Positions 14,574-29,710 of a stretch of DNA of 64,000 nt are shown in pieces. The translations under genes were made by a program, and so were the position numbers. The stretch comes from Chrysomallon squamiferum. Taxonomy: Eukaryota > Animalia > Mollusca. The number at the start of each line of letters is the position of its first letter. Positions within the stretch are counted from its first letter, which is position 1. The notes under the pieces are model-generated. The model did no database searches. It worked only from the letters and a program-made list of their open reading frames with translations, and had not been told where the DNA came from. The stretch is from the NCBI GenBank assembly GCA_012295275.1, contig CM022671.1, positions 12,648,001 to 12,712,000 of the forward strand, in the 5' to 3' direction.

Positions 14574-17500
14574 TACTGGATATAAGTATACCGCCAAACT
14601 ATACGGAAATAATTAAGTTCACTACTGTTATTTTTATTTCAGCTGAATTTTATATTTACGTAACCAACCAGACAGTGTCTCTGTGTGTCTGTCTGTGTCT
14701 GTGTGTGTCTGTCTGTCTCTGTGTGTGTGTGTGTCTGTCTGTCTGTCTCTGTGTGTGTGTGTATGTGTTTCTATCTTTTATCACATTTTTCCGTACCTCT
14801 TAAAAGAACGCCTGCGCTGAACGTAGCCATGCAGTTGATTCCAAGGATAAAAACGGCTCACGGAAAGAGACAAAAAAATGACTCCCACCTAGCATTTGAC
14901 AGTATTCACGTAAACAAATTTTATTAGAAAGAATTTCCATACATTAGTTCCAAAATTACTTTCCCGTATCTTCATTTAATTATTTCTGAGGCAAATAAAT
15001 ATATACTGAGATTGAGCGGCGTCTTGACAGAACGAAACAATATGCAAATAAACAGATTTAGTAATTCTGTAGAGTTATGTTTTTTATATTATTATTATTA
15101 TTATTATTATTATTGTTGTTGTTGTTGTTGTTGTAGTTGTTGTTATTGCTATTTTTATTATTATTATTTTATTACAACAAGAAATATCTTTACATATAAC
15201 ATATAATGATGACATTTTAGAAACAAATTAAAACAAATACAAAAAAATAAAACTATTGCACAAAGAGAAAAAAGAGATGACAATTATCAGCACAGCAGGT
15301 TAAAATGATATAAAAGACACAGCGAATCAGTTATGAAAATAAACGCAATCTCCCTTTTCAGTATTAATCAAGCAACAAAAGTGCCAAAGAAAAGTGCCAC
15401 ATAAAAACACAAGGTTTAAGGCATATTACAAAAAATGTTTTTACGTCTACCAGCAACCATTTTTTAACTTATTATACTACATATTTTTTTTCTACATATA
15501 AAAGTTGTGCTAAATATAAATATATCAAAATATGTCCATTAGTAATATCTGTTGTGACTAATTTTGTTCTATGCAGTTGTTGTTAAAGAATAAATTTGTA
15601 TCAAGTAAAAGAGAGTGTGAACCCTTTATAGCGTGAATATTAGTGATAAACAGTGTCAGAGCTAGGTCGCTGTAAATTAGCTAAAACTGTCCCGTTTTGA
15701 CCAGAAAACATCGTTTGTACCCGAAAACAATGATCCATTATTTATTGGTATTATATTCGAATGGCATTACGTCGGAGTTTCTCTATATATTAATACGCTT
15801 TTCATGCACGAATACAAAGCGACTGGTTAAAAATTAAATAGTGACATCGTAATCGAATGGTAAATAAAGAAAGATAAAATAATAACTGAGTAATTAAAGA
15901 AACAACATAAAATTCCTATTATATCTACTATATAATAAAAATAAACAAAAACAATATTTCTTTAACGAACGGATAACTTTTTCATACGATCTTTTTGAAT
16001 TCGAAACATTTACAACCGATGCGAGCAAGAATCACATATTAATAATAATACAGACACTGGAGATTAAAACGAAGAGTAATTTCACATTTCGCACTTATTT
16101 TCAGACCTATAACAGCTCTAAAACACATAAATAAATAAAACGAAAAATAAACACGAGTTAAATGATACCTCTTCACGTGGAGCGTAATTGCGTCATAGAA
16201 TTCTTGCTAAACGAGAGAAACGAGTTGCCGATAAGACTGACAAGCAGTCACTAATTGAACGGAATTGATGATCGGTCTATTCACTCGCCACGTTACGTCT
16301 CTAAGTGAAGAGTTCCGAAGAAAGCACAGATAAATCCTTATTATCCGACAACTCACCAAACTGTTTATTAACTGATTCCAAAATGGGCAAAATTCCACCA
16401 TAGATACTGCTTATGTACTAGCTGAGAAATTAACAAAAGGAAACGAAAATCTAAATAAATCACTTTCTCTTAAACTTTCATTTTTCTTTCTGTTTTCCTT
16501 CTTTCTTTCTTTCTTTTTTAATTTTTTTCCTCAAAAAAAGGAAAACTAGTTTAAAATATGTTTTGATCTCTCTTTCGCTGCCTCAAACTCTTTCGTTTCT
16601 AACATTTCTGTCTATCAATCAGTCTCCACCTCTGTCTCCAAGTGTATGTGATATTGATATTTATTAGTCACAGAAAAGTAAATTTAAGAATTATATATGT
16701 GTATGTATATGTGTGCGTATATGTGTCTAGATTCATACAAATATGCATAAATACATGCATACATACATACATTATTTTATAATATACTAGTATGTTATCT
16801 GATTCATTTGCTTTTAGCTCTTTGCTCTTTGGATTTCTGTTTTCTTTTTCTTTTGTACTTGGTTGTTTAGTCGTTAGTAGATTTTCATACATTTCCCTCA
16901 TTTTCTTTTCTTATACTTTTTCTTTTTTATGTTTTTATGTCTCTCTGTGTGTGTATGTGTGTATGTGTTTGAGTGTGTGTGTGTGTGCGTGCGTGTGTCC
17001 TTCATTTGGAACTTTAATTACCAGCTTTTAAAAATAAATGGCTGGTGTTGAATGTTAATTCAGTTCCTCTTCGTAATCTTCATGTAGATAAAATACAGCA
17101 TCACGAGCATGACATTTATTTTGCCATCAAACCAAAGGTGAACTGAATAGAATTGAATTATTACTTGTTTCTGTATGTAAATTTATCCCATTGCTTGTAG
17201 TAAAACGGAATATAAATTATACAAATGTCATTGACAAAACTGTATTTGGTAATTTATCATCTGTGTTCAAAGAACTATACATGAACGTGTAACGATTATG
17301 TGCCAGAGAAAAGATAGATTTTAAGCTCATGGCCATACGACGCCATTTAGAATGGTTCAGTTATATAAATTATTGCTAACAAAAATTTAAAATATCATTT
17401 ACTGATAATTACAAATCGTTGCAACAGCTGTTTTGTTAGTTCAAGAATATTTCTGCTAAACATCCAAAGGCTATTCTTTGGATTAAGAAATAATATTGTT

Positions 17501-18651
17501 AAAATAAATACTCTATAGATATATGAATTAATGTCATAGTGTGCCCTTCTGCATAAGGTAGATAATTACAACTTCTGGTCCAGGGTTTATAACGATTTGT
17601 TTGAATTTTTTTTTTTTTTTTTATTATTATTATTTAGTTAGTTAGTTTAGCTTAGCTTAGATTTTACTTTTTAAAATTAATTTATTACTGTTGCTGTTGG
17701 TTCTTGTTTTGTTTTGTGTAGCTGATATCATTATGGTTTTTTGTTGTTGCTGATGCTATTAACGTCGCTCATTACCAGTTACTGATTTACCCGTATTTAT
17801 TTCTCGTAAATTATTATCATCAACATCATCTTCATCATCATCATCATCATTATTACTACTACAAATACTATTACTATACTACTGCGTATATTATATTACT
17901 AGTACTACTATTAACACTAGGAACACTCTATTACTAGTAATATATAGTACTACTACTACTACTACTACTACGACAATTATTATTATCATTATTAATAACA
18001 TCAGTAGTAGTAATAGTGCTAGTACTAGTAATAGTAGTAACAATAGTAGCAGCACTAGTAGTAGTAGTAGTAGCAACAGTAGTATGTAGCAATAATATTA
18101 TTAATAATAAAATAATGGATTTTAATGAGATTCCGAACTCAATTTTTGTTTGCTAAAAGTTACTCGGATATATAATAGAGAAGAAGCCGCTGAAACTGAT
18201 AAATAAAGAACTTGGGAATTATTCAGCTTTTGATCGATATTAAATATGTTACACTCTGGTACACGATGTTTGTAAACGAAAGCCAGTACGCGACTTTTTC
18301 CCTTACGTGATAAAGATTTCTGGCGCGCAGAGATCTGGGTTAAGTCCCACTTTGTGTTTGTTATGTGAGTGTTAAAAGAGTATTCTGAAACTTGAAAAGA
18401 CTGAAAAAAAGAAGAAGAAAAAAGAAAACATCTTTCTCAAAGTTGTGTATCTCTGTATGCCGAATTAATATAGGAAAAATCGTTATTATTTAAGAGAAAA
18501 GGAAGTTTGGCGTTTATCTGAACTAAACATTATTTATAAAATATTTTTCTTTACGACAAATCAGTGTTTGTTAATTAACTGGGGAATCGCAGCAGTAAGA
18601 ACTGATATTATAGGTCCTACTAAAAATTAACGCAGTATGCACCAATTAGCA

Positions 18652-19145
18652 TTTGGAACTGACAATATAATGCATTTAGAACTGATGCAATAACCCGAAC
18701 TTAGAGCTGACGTAATAACGCTTATTTAGAACTGACGTAATAACCCGAACTTAGAACTGACGTAATAACGCGTACTTAGAATTGACGTAATAACGCGTAC
18801 TTAGAACTAACGTAATAACGCGTATACTTAGAATTGACATAGTAATGCGTATTTAGAACTGATATAATAACGTGCACTAAACTGACTCTATTACGCATAC
18901 TTAGAAATGATGCAATAATTCGAACTTAGAATTGACATAACTCAGACGACGTTATACGCATACTTATAACAGACCAAATAACGCATATTTAGAACTAATG
19001 CAATAATGATTATTAGAATCGACATAACGCTTATATATAGAACTCATGCAGAACTGAATCAATAATGCATAGTTAGAGCTTACATAATAACGTGTATTTA
19101 GATTTGACGCAATAACATGAAGTTAGAAGTAACGCAACATTGCAT
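18652..19145. repeat. 25-bp minisatellite, about 19-20 copies, consensus TTAGAACTGACGTAATAACGCGTAC
   Basis: TGA(C/T)G(T/C)AA core at 18683, 18708, 18733, 18758, 18783 (exact 25-bp period); copies degenerate to the right. Confidence 0.92.
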
Positions 19146-20085
19146 AAATAAAAATACTACACAGTCGAATACAATGTACCTATTATTGTATCTTGGGACT
19201 TGTTTTGACTGACTATAGATAATCTCTTTAAAATAATTCAGTTTTTGTTTTGTTTTCATGCGGTTTTAATTATTTATCTAATTAAGGAAAACATTTTGTT
19301 GTTGTTGTTGTTTTATACTCTCACGGTTTATATAAGTAAGAAAAAGAACTGCTAATGACAATTACAAAAACAATATCAACACCAACAGAAAACTAAATAA
19401 CAACAAAAACAATAATAATAATGATGAAACCAACAGTAACAGGGGAAAAGGTAGTAACGGCAGCAGTATCAATAGAAGTAACCCTGAATTATAATTATTG
19501 CACGATCTGTTGATCGTGCAATAATTATAATTCAGGATTACAGCTGCTGTAACAGAAAATATATTTTTATTATCTGATCGTCTAAAATTAACTTTTTTGC
19601 TCATATATCACTCATATCGTTGTCTCTTCGGTTTAGTGCAATAATAATTTGAATTTACCTGAAAACTACTCATCACTTAACAAAACAAAACAAAAAACCA
19701 TCAGTGTCCTTTAGGAATATGGTAATTGATCGTTATAAATATATATGATTTGTATATTTGTGTAGTTATTAAAATGGATAGCTCCCACGTATTTATTTTA
19801 CTAAAGTTTGACCTGGTGTTTACTTGATTAATCTCAAGTTCGATGAATAACATTTAAAAAAGTAATAATAATATATATTGTTTTATTTTTAATTAATTCC
19901 TAAATAGTCGTATCTTCAAGATACTGAAGAAAAAACAAAATGATGGATTTCTTACTAATTAACATAACTGAACCAATTAACTCTGCAAGCTGTTGCTTTT
20001 TTGCAAGTAAAATTTATTTTGTAAAATTGAGCAATAAAATTATTTTAAAGGTCTTTTTAGTGCTTTACTATTATTATTATTATTA

Positions 20086-20116
<31 letters not shown>

Positions 20117-23100
20117 CATCATCATCATTAGTTACAGTAGTATTAGTTGTTGTTTTTGTAATAGCAATGATTGTAACTGTAGCAGAAGTAGTAGTAGCAG
20201 CAGCAGCAGCACCGCTACTAGTAGTACTAACAGTAGCAATAGTAGTAGTAGCAGCAGTAATAGTAGTAGCAGCAGTAGTTATTGATGGTCGCGATGCTGT
20301 GGTAGTAGAAGCAGTAGTGGTAAGAATAATTATAAATGTTTCTTGTAGTTAAGTCAAAGCCTGTGCTTAACGGTACAAATCGCCAAAACTGTATTATTCT
20401 AAATATTGTCTCTAACACATATTTCTAGTATTATACACTAACCTCATTCCAGGTCAGATACCTCACATCCGGTCCCACGGAAACTTGTTTGGTTCTTAAT
20501 AGCCTACATGGAACAGTGTACTATATTGTCAGAAGATAATAAACAGGAGGCAATATGAAAATGAAATTCTTCTAACATCGAGACAATATGTTAGCCATAA
20601 GAGACATGAAACTGGATCTATGCAAATACACATCATCTTTAATTTTATTTTATTTTATTTTGTTACATCCCACATTTAATTGATTTTTTTTTTTTTTTCC
20701 ATTATACAACTCATAAACAAGAAGAAAAAATCTAACATAAAACATAAAAAATTAAGTGTTTGAGTCTTTTAGATGTAATTTTTATAATTTGTATCATTTT
20801 ATATTTTAATTATTGAATTGTTTTTAACATTATTTTATTATTATAATTTGGGGTTTTTTATATATATATCAAATTTTCAAAGTAAAAAGGTTTAAATCTT
20901 AGTCGCTGATTACAAAAATATTTCCTTTCTTTAAAATAAGATCATGATGTTTTTATGGTACGTAATATGTTTGAAATTGCATACGCATGTTGATATGTTT
21001 GTGTGAGGAAGACAGATACCTCAACAAGAAAACTGGCAAAGAGAAAAGGTGTTATGTTGTTGTTGTTGTTGTTGTTTTTCTTAAAGTAATATAAATATTT
21101 CCAGCTAAAGTTTAAAGTGACCAGAGAAAATTGATCTTGGAAATTTATTAAGGCTAACTCCACCAGTGTCTTGTTTTACAAGGATAAATGTTATGTGAGA
21201 AAAGGAGGCAGATTTTAAAATAATAAAAGAGCAAACAAACAAACAAAAACCAAAAAGTCCTTGTAAATGTGAATCACTTTATGATAAATGAATATTGTCC
21301 ATTTTATAAGATGTAGAAAACCTTTCATTTAAACCAGGTAAATACTCTCAAGCGAAAAATTGGGACGCAAACATGAAAATCGTATTGATTTAACCTTATA
21401 TAGAAAAATATACAGGAAAATACCTTGGAAAAAAGAATTTTAAAAAGTATTCTGACCATAACGATTTGAATGAAGCTAAAAATGTTTTTCCTTTTAATTA
21501 AATTGACATGAATGATAAAGCTTTCAAGTCTTCTTCTCTCTCACTTATTTCGTCTTAGCGAACGAATAAATGTAATTATTACTACGTTAATCTTATTAAT
21601 TCTCTTTCGAAATAAACAACCAAGTGGAAAATTGCTATAAAGACATTTATAATTCTTGCGAGTCTTGTATTTATTGCCACTGGTCGATTTTTCAGTCCGC
21701 CGTCCACCATTGGCAGACACATAGTGTAACTTTGGTCAGTGGCTTGCCGGATGATTGGGTTTTGTCATCTTTTACCATTGCGTTCCAGAATGTTGCCTAT
21801 GTGTCAAGTCTAATCACTTAGGACAGCTGAATATTCTTTGGATAACAGGGTAACACATATATATACATGTACACGTATAGATACATAAACATTGATTTAT
21901 AACTGTAAAATGGAGAGAATCGTAATAAAATATCAGTAAGTGTCTGATATAACAGCAAGGCAACCCGAACTATCAACAAAGATATGCTTTAAAAAATGCC
22001 TACATACATACATGCTTTTGTTGGTCTGTGAAACCACTTATTATGCGTAAAGCCTAAATAAATCTGGTAATACGCGAAATGCCTGAAAATTCCACACATT
22101 TCACTATACAAAATAACTAACGTGATTCAAGTGTTATTGTTGACATTTTTGCAGGCTTTTGTTCTAAAAAAATGATAAAATCACATTTTAAAAACCTAAA
22201 AATTTATTGATTAGACAATTTAAAATACTATTTACTATGAAATATTTATTATTATACAGTAACTTACTATTGATACAGTTTCCAAATAAATAACCTTATG
22301 CCTAATAACACTTGGATGATACTTAAAAAAGCTTCTGGTAATTCTGGTTTATTTTTAAATACCACACAATCTCCAGTATTATTGATATCTTGTTAATTTA
22401 ATTTTTGTATTATGTATCCGTAACACATTCTTCTCTGTACTGTAATCCTGTGTGTCATGAGAATAAAGACACTGTCATTCTCATTGTTACCTAGAAGTTT
22501 CCTTTCATCCTGATCAGTTGTAATGATTTGCTGGTTATTCTCAAACCTAATGTTGCTTTGTGTTTATACAAGCAGATGGATTAAGACATTATTACTTTCT
22601 GTGGCTTCTTCTAATCCATATCTAATCCATTTGCTGCATCATATGACTTTCATCTCTATACTTACTCAAAAGTTCTTCTATTGCAACCATTATATGATAG
22701 CAGAGTCCTATGACGATAAATTTAAATCTGAGCTTTCCAAAAAAGTATCTAGTTTGCAGAAAAGTGTTAATTCCAAAAGATGCGTATTTCAGAATGCTAG
22801 AAGTTCTTAAAAAGCAGTAGACGTATTGGAACAAATAGCAAACTCAAATACTGCCTGCTTTCAAAGTTAATTTTTTTCTATACATTCTATGCCAGTCTAC
22901 TAGTGATGTGGTGATTCAGTGATAAATTCTAATGCTATAATATTTCTCCGTGATAAATGCACCATTCTATTGATAATTAATGTTACAATGTCTAGAATAT
23001 TATTAGGTTTTCAACTGTTTTAATTATTACCTAGTCATGATTTGTATTTATGGCAAGTTGTTCGTTGTATGGGGTCACTTCACTGTGCCATCACCTATTG

Positions 23101-25972
23101 TTACCTATTGTTAAGGATAGCAAATTATGAAACAATAAGCGATTACAGTATAGTTTATTTTCCAAAAGTCCAACAATAGACCAATAATATTTCACAGTCC
23201 AACAAAATGGGTGACGGAATCAGCATATTCATTTGGAGATTTCTGTCCTGTCAAAGTTAAGTTGCTGGTATTTCCTACGTTTTGGCACTAACCTTCCAAT
23301 AGCTCTTAATTATAAAATTGTAGCTTCTACAATTCTCTTAATCAATCTATAAATTTAAAAATGTTGGGATTACTGCTGCCCATCGTCTTCAGTTTTATCA
23401 TGTATTACCTTGAGAGCTACAACATATTTAAGAACAGGCTTGGATTCTGAGTAACGGTTCACTTTAACGACACTGACTATACGATTGAAGCGTTCAGCCG
23501 TATCACTTAATCACTTACTAATCCCTACAGACTGCGGTCAGTGAGGTCAAACCTTTTGCATAATGGCTCGCCATGATTTTCAGTCATTTCACGCATTGCA
23601 TGGTGGTCACAGTTTGTTTAGGCATTACGCGTTAATGGCTGGTTTCACAGGCTGACTGTAACATATATTTCTTTTTTAAAAATAATGTAAAAACAAATGA
23701 GAAAATAAAATACATTTATATAGATGGGAAGCAATTAAGTCTACCAATATATTTCTCTTTCTATATTCGTACATGTAAGAATATGCGCATCTATTCTGAG
23801 CGCCGGTTAGAGCAAAAATGAATTAAGAAAATAAAAGAAAGAGAAAAGAAACAGATATATAGAGTTGAGATACAAACAGAGTAAGAAACAGATGAGAAAA
23901 ACTGATAATAAACGAGGATTACACAAACGGAAATAAATGTAAAGAGAAAAGGAAGTACAGAAAGAAAAAGAAAGGTAAAGAGAAACTGATGGGGAAAAAA
24001 GAGCTAAAGTGAGGATACGGCTGGAGAGATAACAGCCCTTCGTAAAAAGACCAAATCATTTTGTTTTGGTTGTTCGTTGCACAGAAGAACACAAGAAAGA
24101 ATACTGATATACAGATCAATGTTTGGAAACATACATCTTCCTTCTGTCAAATGAAGGAACTGATGGAAATGAATGTATTTGTTACATCTTTCACATGATG
24201 GTATTCTCAAATGAACGTCTAAAATGGATATTGGGAAAAGATTACTCTAAAAGCTCATTTCACAGATCTTATTCATTATTTCGTGTCTACTGTAAATACA
24301 AATAATTAAATGTCTGTCTCGTTCAAAATGACGAAAATTAATACTGATTTCGACGAGAAAGGAAAAACGAACAATTCACTGGTAATAATTGAACTAAATG
24401 TCAGACAACGGAAACTGAGGCTGTATAAACGTTTACAATTACAAAATTACTGAAAGTTTGTTAAATACAGATTTGAAGACTGAATGTAGCAGTGATTATC
24501 TAAATATACTATTTAATAAATTAAACAAAATGAGAATAATAACATAATTACGCATATTATACATAATACGTTCACATTTCATAATCTGGACATTTACAGT
24601 TAGCAAAGTTTCAGTATAAACAGAAAAAAATCAACACTTACCCTAAACGTCAGCATGATTACAAATATAAAAGAAACATAATTAGGGGATTGCAGGTAAT
24701 TCGCATTATATCTGCGTTTCGTGGTGTGATTTAATTTCTATAAATAGCCAATAAACAAATTCAGTTACCACTAAATAACGTTTGTGGATATTTGACATTT
24801 CCAGTGCAAGGGTTTTGAAGTGTTGTGCAAAATCTATCTTCATTGTATGTCCAGTCACTAATCACAAAATTTTTCTTGCATAGATTCGTATTTTCGAATT
24901 AATTTTCTTTCAAGGTCATTTTCATCCAGATGACGACAATTGTGAAATAAGTGATGCGTTAAAGAGTAAATACACAACTGTCTTAGATGTTTTTTTCCAT
25001 ACCAATCATCTTTTGGCATGGTTAAAATGCACTGCAGCTTTATCAATGTATGTATGCGACTGCTTATATCATGCATTTATCAGCGTACATTAAAGGAAAC
25101 TTAGACGAAGATATCCGTTTATGTTAACACAAATTATGACTGAGACCAAAATTTTACTAAACAGAACGTTCCCAAATCTAACCAAGCAGTCCTAGAAGCT
25201 CTTATGGTAATATATCTTTGTTATTCTAATTTTCATTCTTGTTTCTTTTCCATTCTCTTTTTTTCTTTTTTTTCTTTTGAAAAAGCCGTCATTCTGGTGA
25301 ATTAGAAAACAAACAAATAAATAAAAAGGCGTTCATCAATTAAAGAAAAAACAGTTAATTACTTGGTAAACACAAATAATTAACTGAAAGACATTAATTT
25401 CATTATAAAGAAAAAAACAAGTTATCAAAACAATTACAGTGGCAAAAAGAGACAGAAAGACAGATAGAAAGGAAAGCAAAGCGAAAGTAATCCTTAATAA
25501 ATTATACTAGATTTCTAATAAGTGTAGTGTTCTGTATCACACACTCAACCTGAAAGAATATTTTAAATAATACCACCTAATTATCTAAACTCCGTGTTTC
25601 AGCGTCAACATTTCAATTAAGGTGAGTTTAAAGATAATTAAATGTCTAATGTCGTTTCCGACGAGTTTTCATTAAATAAGAAAACAAAAGAGCAGATATG
25701 CATTTTTTGTATCTGTCATTTATCTTTCTCGCTAACTGTGCACGGGTATATACAGATACTAGTATGTAATTTTATATATATATCTTTGTAATTATTTACT
25801 TGGTAAAAGCGTATATCATTATTTATGCATATATATATATATATATATATGTGGATAAATACATAAGTATACATGAATATATGTCTGTGATACGTATGTA
25901 TCGACATATATATATATATGTGTGTGTTGAGTATGACTACATATGTATATGTGTGTATTGGGTGTCTGTTAG

Positions 25973-25976
<4 letters not shown>

Positions 25977-26006
<30 letters not shown>

Positions 26007-26088
26007 TGTATGTATGTATGTATGTATGTATGTATGTATGTATGTATGTATGTATGTATGTATGTATGTATGTATGTATGTATGTATG
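25977..26088. repeat. (TATG)n microsatellite
   Basis: Direct reading; source of the spurious CMYV/IHTY ORFs. Confidence 0.98.
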
Positions 26089-26479
26089 TGTGTATGTATA
26101 TTATTCTCTCAAACATTAATACACACACTCTTGCATTATTGGCTGTTAAATGCTGCTGATCCATACATTCTAAACTACAAATCAAGCCTATGATTTGGAA
26201 ATAACCATTCAGCTGCTCACTGAAGCGTTTTACCAAATGCAGTCAACCAGAACATTAAATTTTGTAAAAAGTTAGTTTATAAACAGGCTTTACCTTTTTT
26301 TTAACTAAGAGTGTTTTTTCAAATATGGCTTTAAGAAGTCAAAATAAAAAATAATGAATTATGAGATAAATATATTCAATCATCAAGCAAAGCATCAAAA
26401 ATGTGAAAAATAAACTATAGTTATCTTTCCTTCTAATAGCAGTTATTAATACTTTTGAATGATATTAATATACAATCTA

Positions 26480-26833
26480 TGAATTTCCTATAAACAGTTA
26501 AAACAATGAAAGTTAATCTTAAACAGTTTCACAGAAGCAGTTAATTATAGTTCAACTCTCAAAGATTACCGTAATCACTGCTTCATAGAAACAGTTCAGA
26601 TAATTCAGTTTTCAAAGACTATCTTAAAACTAATTTCATAGAAACAGTTAAAATAATCCAGATATAAAAGAGGAGCCTTAAACAAAATATCATAGTAACA
26701 GTGACAAATGGTAGACTACAGTTATCAAAGACTATCTTAAACACGGTTTCATAGAAGCGTTAGAAAGTAAAATTATCAAAGACTATCTTAAATACAGTTT
26801 CATAGTAGTATTAGAAAGTAAAGTTATCAAAGG
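26480..26833. repeat. Degenerate ~51-58-bp minisatellite, about 6-7 copies
   Basis: Recurring blocks ttcatagaa(acagtt) and ttatcaaagactatcttaaa. Confidence 0.8.
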
Positions 26834-29710
26834 CGACTGAAAACATTAATGTGGTCATCTTATTAATTATATTTCTGTCCAGCCTGTAGACCCTTTACAT
26901 TCGCATGTACTACATAGATCACGTTCGTACTCTAAAATATCAATAGCTATTTCTTCGACCAACTTGTCAGTTTCAAATGATTCCATTTTACACGAATGAC
27001 GTGAGAGCGAGTCGATAAGAATCGGTTGAAAAAGAGCTAAATATATCAAAGAGGTCAAAAGTCAGAAGCAATCAATCGCACACATCGTCTTGCGAACCCT
27101 GCGTATTGACGAACTGCCTGTCACAGGATTCTACTTGTATTGGAAATCACCGCACCACACCGTCTTAAATAAATTGAACACTTTTACAAACTCATGTAGA
27201 TGTTGACTAGTTAGGACAATTCCAAGAGAAGTCTTTCGTTAAGTTTAGACATTTTGCTGTTGACTCATAGATGTTATTTATTTTTACGTTTCGACTGTAA
27301 GATAATTGTTTTGAGTTATACTCAGAGGTCTGAGTTTTACACTTACATCTTTTATATTGTTAAATAATAATATATAGATAGATTGTGGTTTATTTATTCA
27401 TTCATTCATTCATTCATCCATTCACCATATACATTTAATTCTTAGGCAATATATTTTGTCGTTATCTCATATAATTCTATTTCAAAGTTTAGCCATTAAT
27501 ACAACATTCTCTCGCAAATTTCGTATTTAAATATATCTCACTTGTTGGCTTTTTATTTCTTTAAACGTCATTAGGTTTTAGATTTTATTTTTAAAACAGA
27601 TAATAACTGTGAACACCGGAGCTGTTTCATATGCTACCTGATGTGCAGTTAAAATAATTTGTATGAAGTGGTTAGCTTTGTAATTATTTTATTCGAATGA
27701 CGGTGCATATATTATATAAACTCTACTACTTTATTAATAGTTAAGAAAAAAGATAATAATAATAATAATCGTAGTAATCAATAAATACATAACAGTGATA
27801 ATACGAAGAACTAATTACAATAAAAACAGTAGTAGTAGCAGCATCAGCAGCTTCAGTAACTGTATTAGAGTAATAATAATACATTTAGGCATACTAGATG
27901 CAGACTGTAAATCAAAATGGTCTTGAGATGAAGAATAATAAAATAATTCCTTTTCAACAGTTATCATTTATATTTCAGTCTGTGTAAGGATATTTTTAAA
28001 ATGAATATTGGAGACGTTGTTGCATTTTCCCATCAACAGTTTGTTTAAAAAATGCATTAAAAAAAAAAAAAAGTTTAAAATGTATGAGAAATCTGGATAA
28101 AATTAATGCAAAAATACTAACAGAGAGAAGTATAGCTTTATCTCTTCTATAGTTATTATCTAAACGTTACAAAACAAAGTCATTAGTTATATGAATAATT
28201 ATAGAAGAAATATAGTAGGTTTATCAGCCAATATGTTGTATGGATACCTCATGTATCTGTCACAGTAAAAACCTGTGCATAGAAAACCTATTTTCTCCAT
28301 TTATCAGAAGGAAAAAGTGTGGTTCCACCAGATTACGAAATCCCATGGCTTAAAAATAAGTGCTGTAGAACTCACTTTACATTTGTAACTACAAGTGCAC
28401 ACTTGTAGTAAGGTTTATGTACGTAAATTATTTTACAGTTAACATCAGCTGTCAGCTTGCATGTCTTACTTTATTTCTCTTCATTAACGTCATACAGAAT
28501 AAATTAGCACATGCATCTCGATTATTTGAGAAATCAAATATTTCGTTATATCCAGGTTTAGTGAAAGCTAAAACCAAACACACACACATGCACACACACA
28601 CATGTATCCATGTGATCTACATACATCAATAAAAATAAGGTTTTACAATACAAACTGAGAGTCTAAGTGAAATTAAAACTTCAACAAAATAACTGCACAT
28701 CTGTTTGATACTTGTACTGTAAGTGATATTTTCTTATTTAAATTCTTTGATCTGATTAAAACGACACTGGACAATAAGATTTCCCTTATTAGTTTCTCTG
28801 TCTTAGAAGCTTGGTTTTTATATAGCTAATATCGATCCTAGCTGAACGTAACATATTTATGTGCAACTAGTTTGTCATATCATAAGAAAAAAATGTCTGA
28901 CAACTTTTTCTTCTTCTAAAAACAAATTTTATAAAAGACCTTCAGTTACCGTAATGAACCTTCCATTTGACCAGGACTGTTTAGTAATTGCAGCTGCATG
29001 GTCCTAATTCTGCTAATAACCTGTCTTTCTTATTTTCAATGTCTGAATGTTCAGATCTAGGTTTTCAAACTCGTGTAAAGATTGAACATTTTACATCAAA
29101 CAAACTTCCGGATTGGTCTAGACTCTAGACTGATAATTATTTCACAAGCGTGATTCTGAATAAACGTGCAACTTTCCAAAGTCTCAGCAACACAGTTATT
29201 TTCTTTTATAAGAAGCTAATTTTGATCTAACAGATTAGAGTGTAATGGATTAGAGCTGATTTGTTTTTATTTTTTTTTTTTTATCTAAGTATAATGTAAT
29301 ATTTTATGTAAGGACCAGGCGTGGTATATCGTAGAATCAATGAAATTTCCCGTTCCAGCCGATTCCCCTCGAAAGATTTCTATAAACGATGCCTCGGTGC
29401 CAATTTAATATGAGAAGTCACTGGTTTAGCAAAACGAATTCCAGAAATTATGTGCAAAAATAAGAGAAAAAAAGTAAATAAATGCTAATAATAAAATAAA
29501 ACTAATTATTACAGACACGAATTAATCTTTAATTTATGTTTAGAGGTGTTCTCAAAACGAATTCTTAATTCTATTTATCACTGAGAAAACGTAAAAATTA
29601 ATCATTATAGAGGTTCTGAAATGATCAGTTTTCTGGATAATACGAAAGACAAAAGAATGCAATAAGATCTTGTTCTAGTTGTCAAAAATATGAACAACTG
29701 AATGACACGG

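Noticed and set aside
18652-19145. CRISPR-like periodicity
   Set aside because: Head-to-tail 25-bp units without unique spacers, no cas genes, eukaryotic context.
17891-20418. Leu/Val/Ala-rich transmembrane-looking ORFs (similar ones at 31355-31775, 2869-3249 and 10924-11421)
   Set aside because: Derived from (TAG/CAG/TAT/TTG)n degenerate repeats and T-rich tracts.
25800-26236. ORFs with CMYV/IHTY repeats
   Set aside because: Translations of a (TATG)n microsatellite in several frames.
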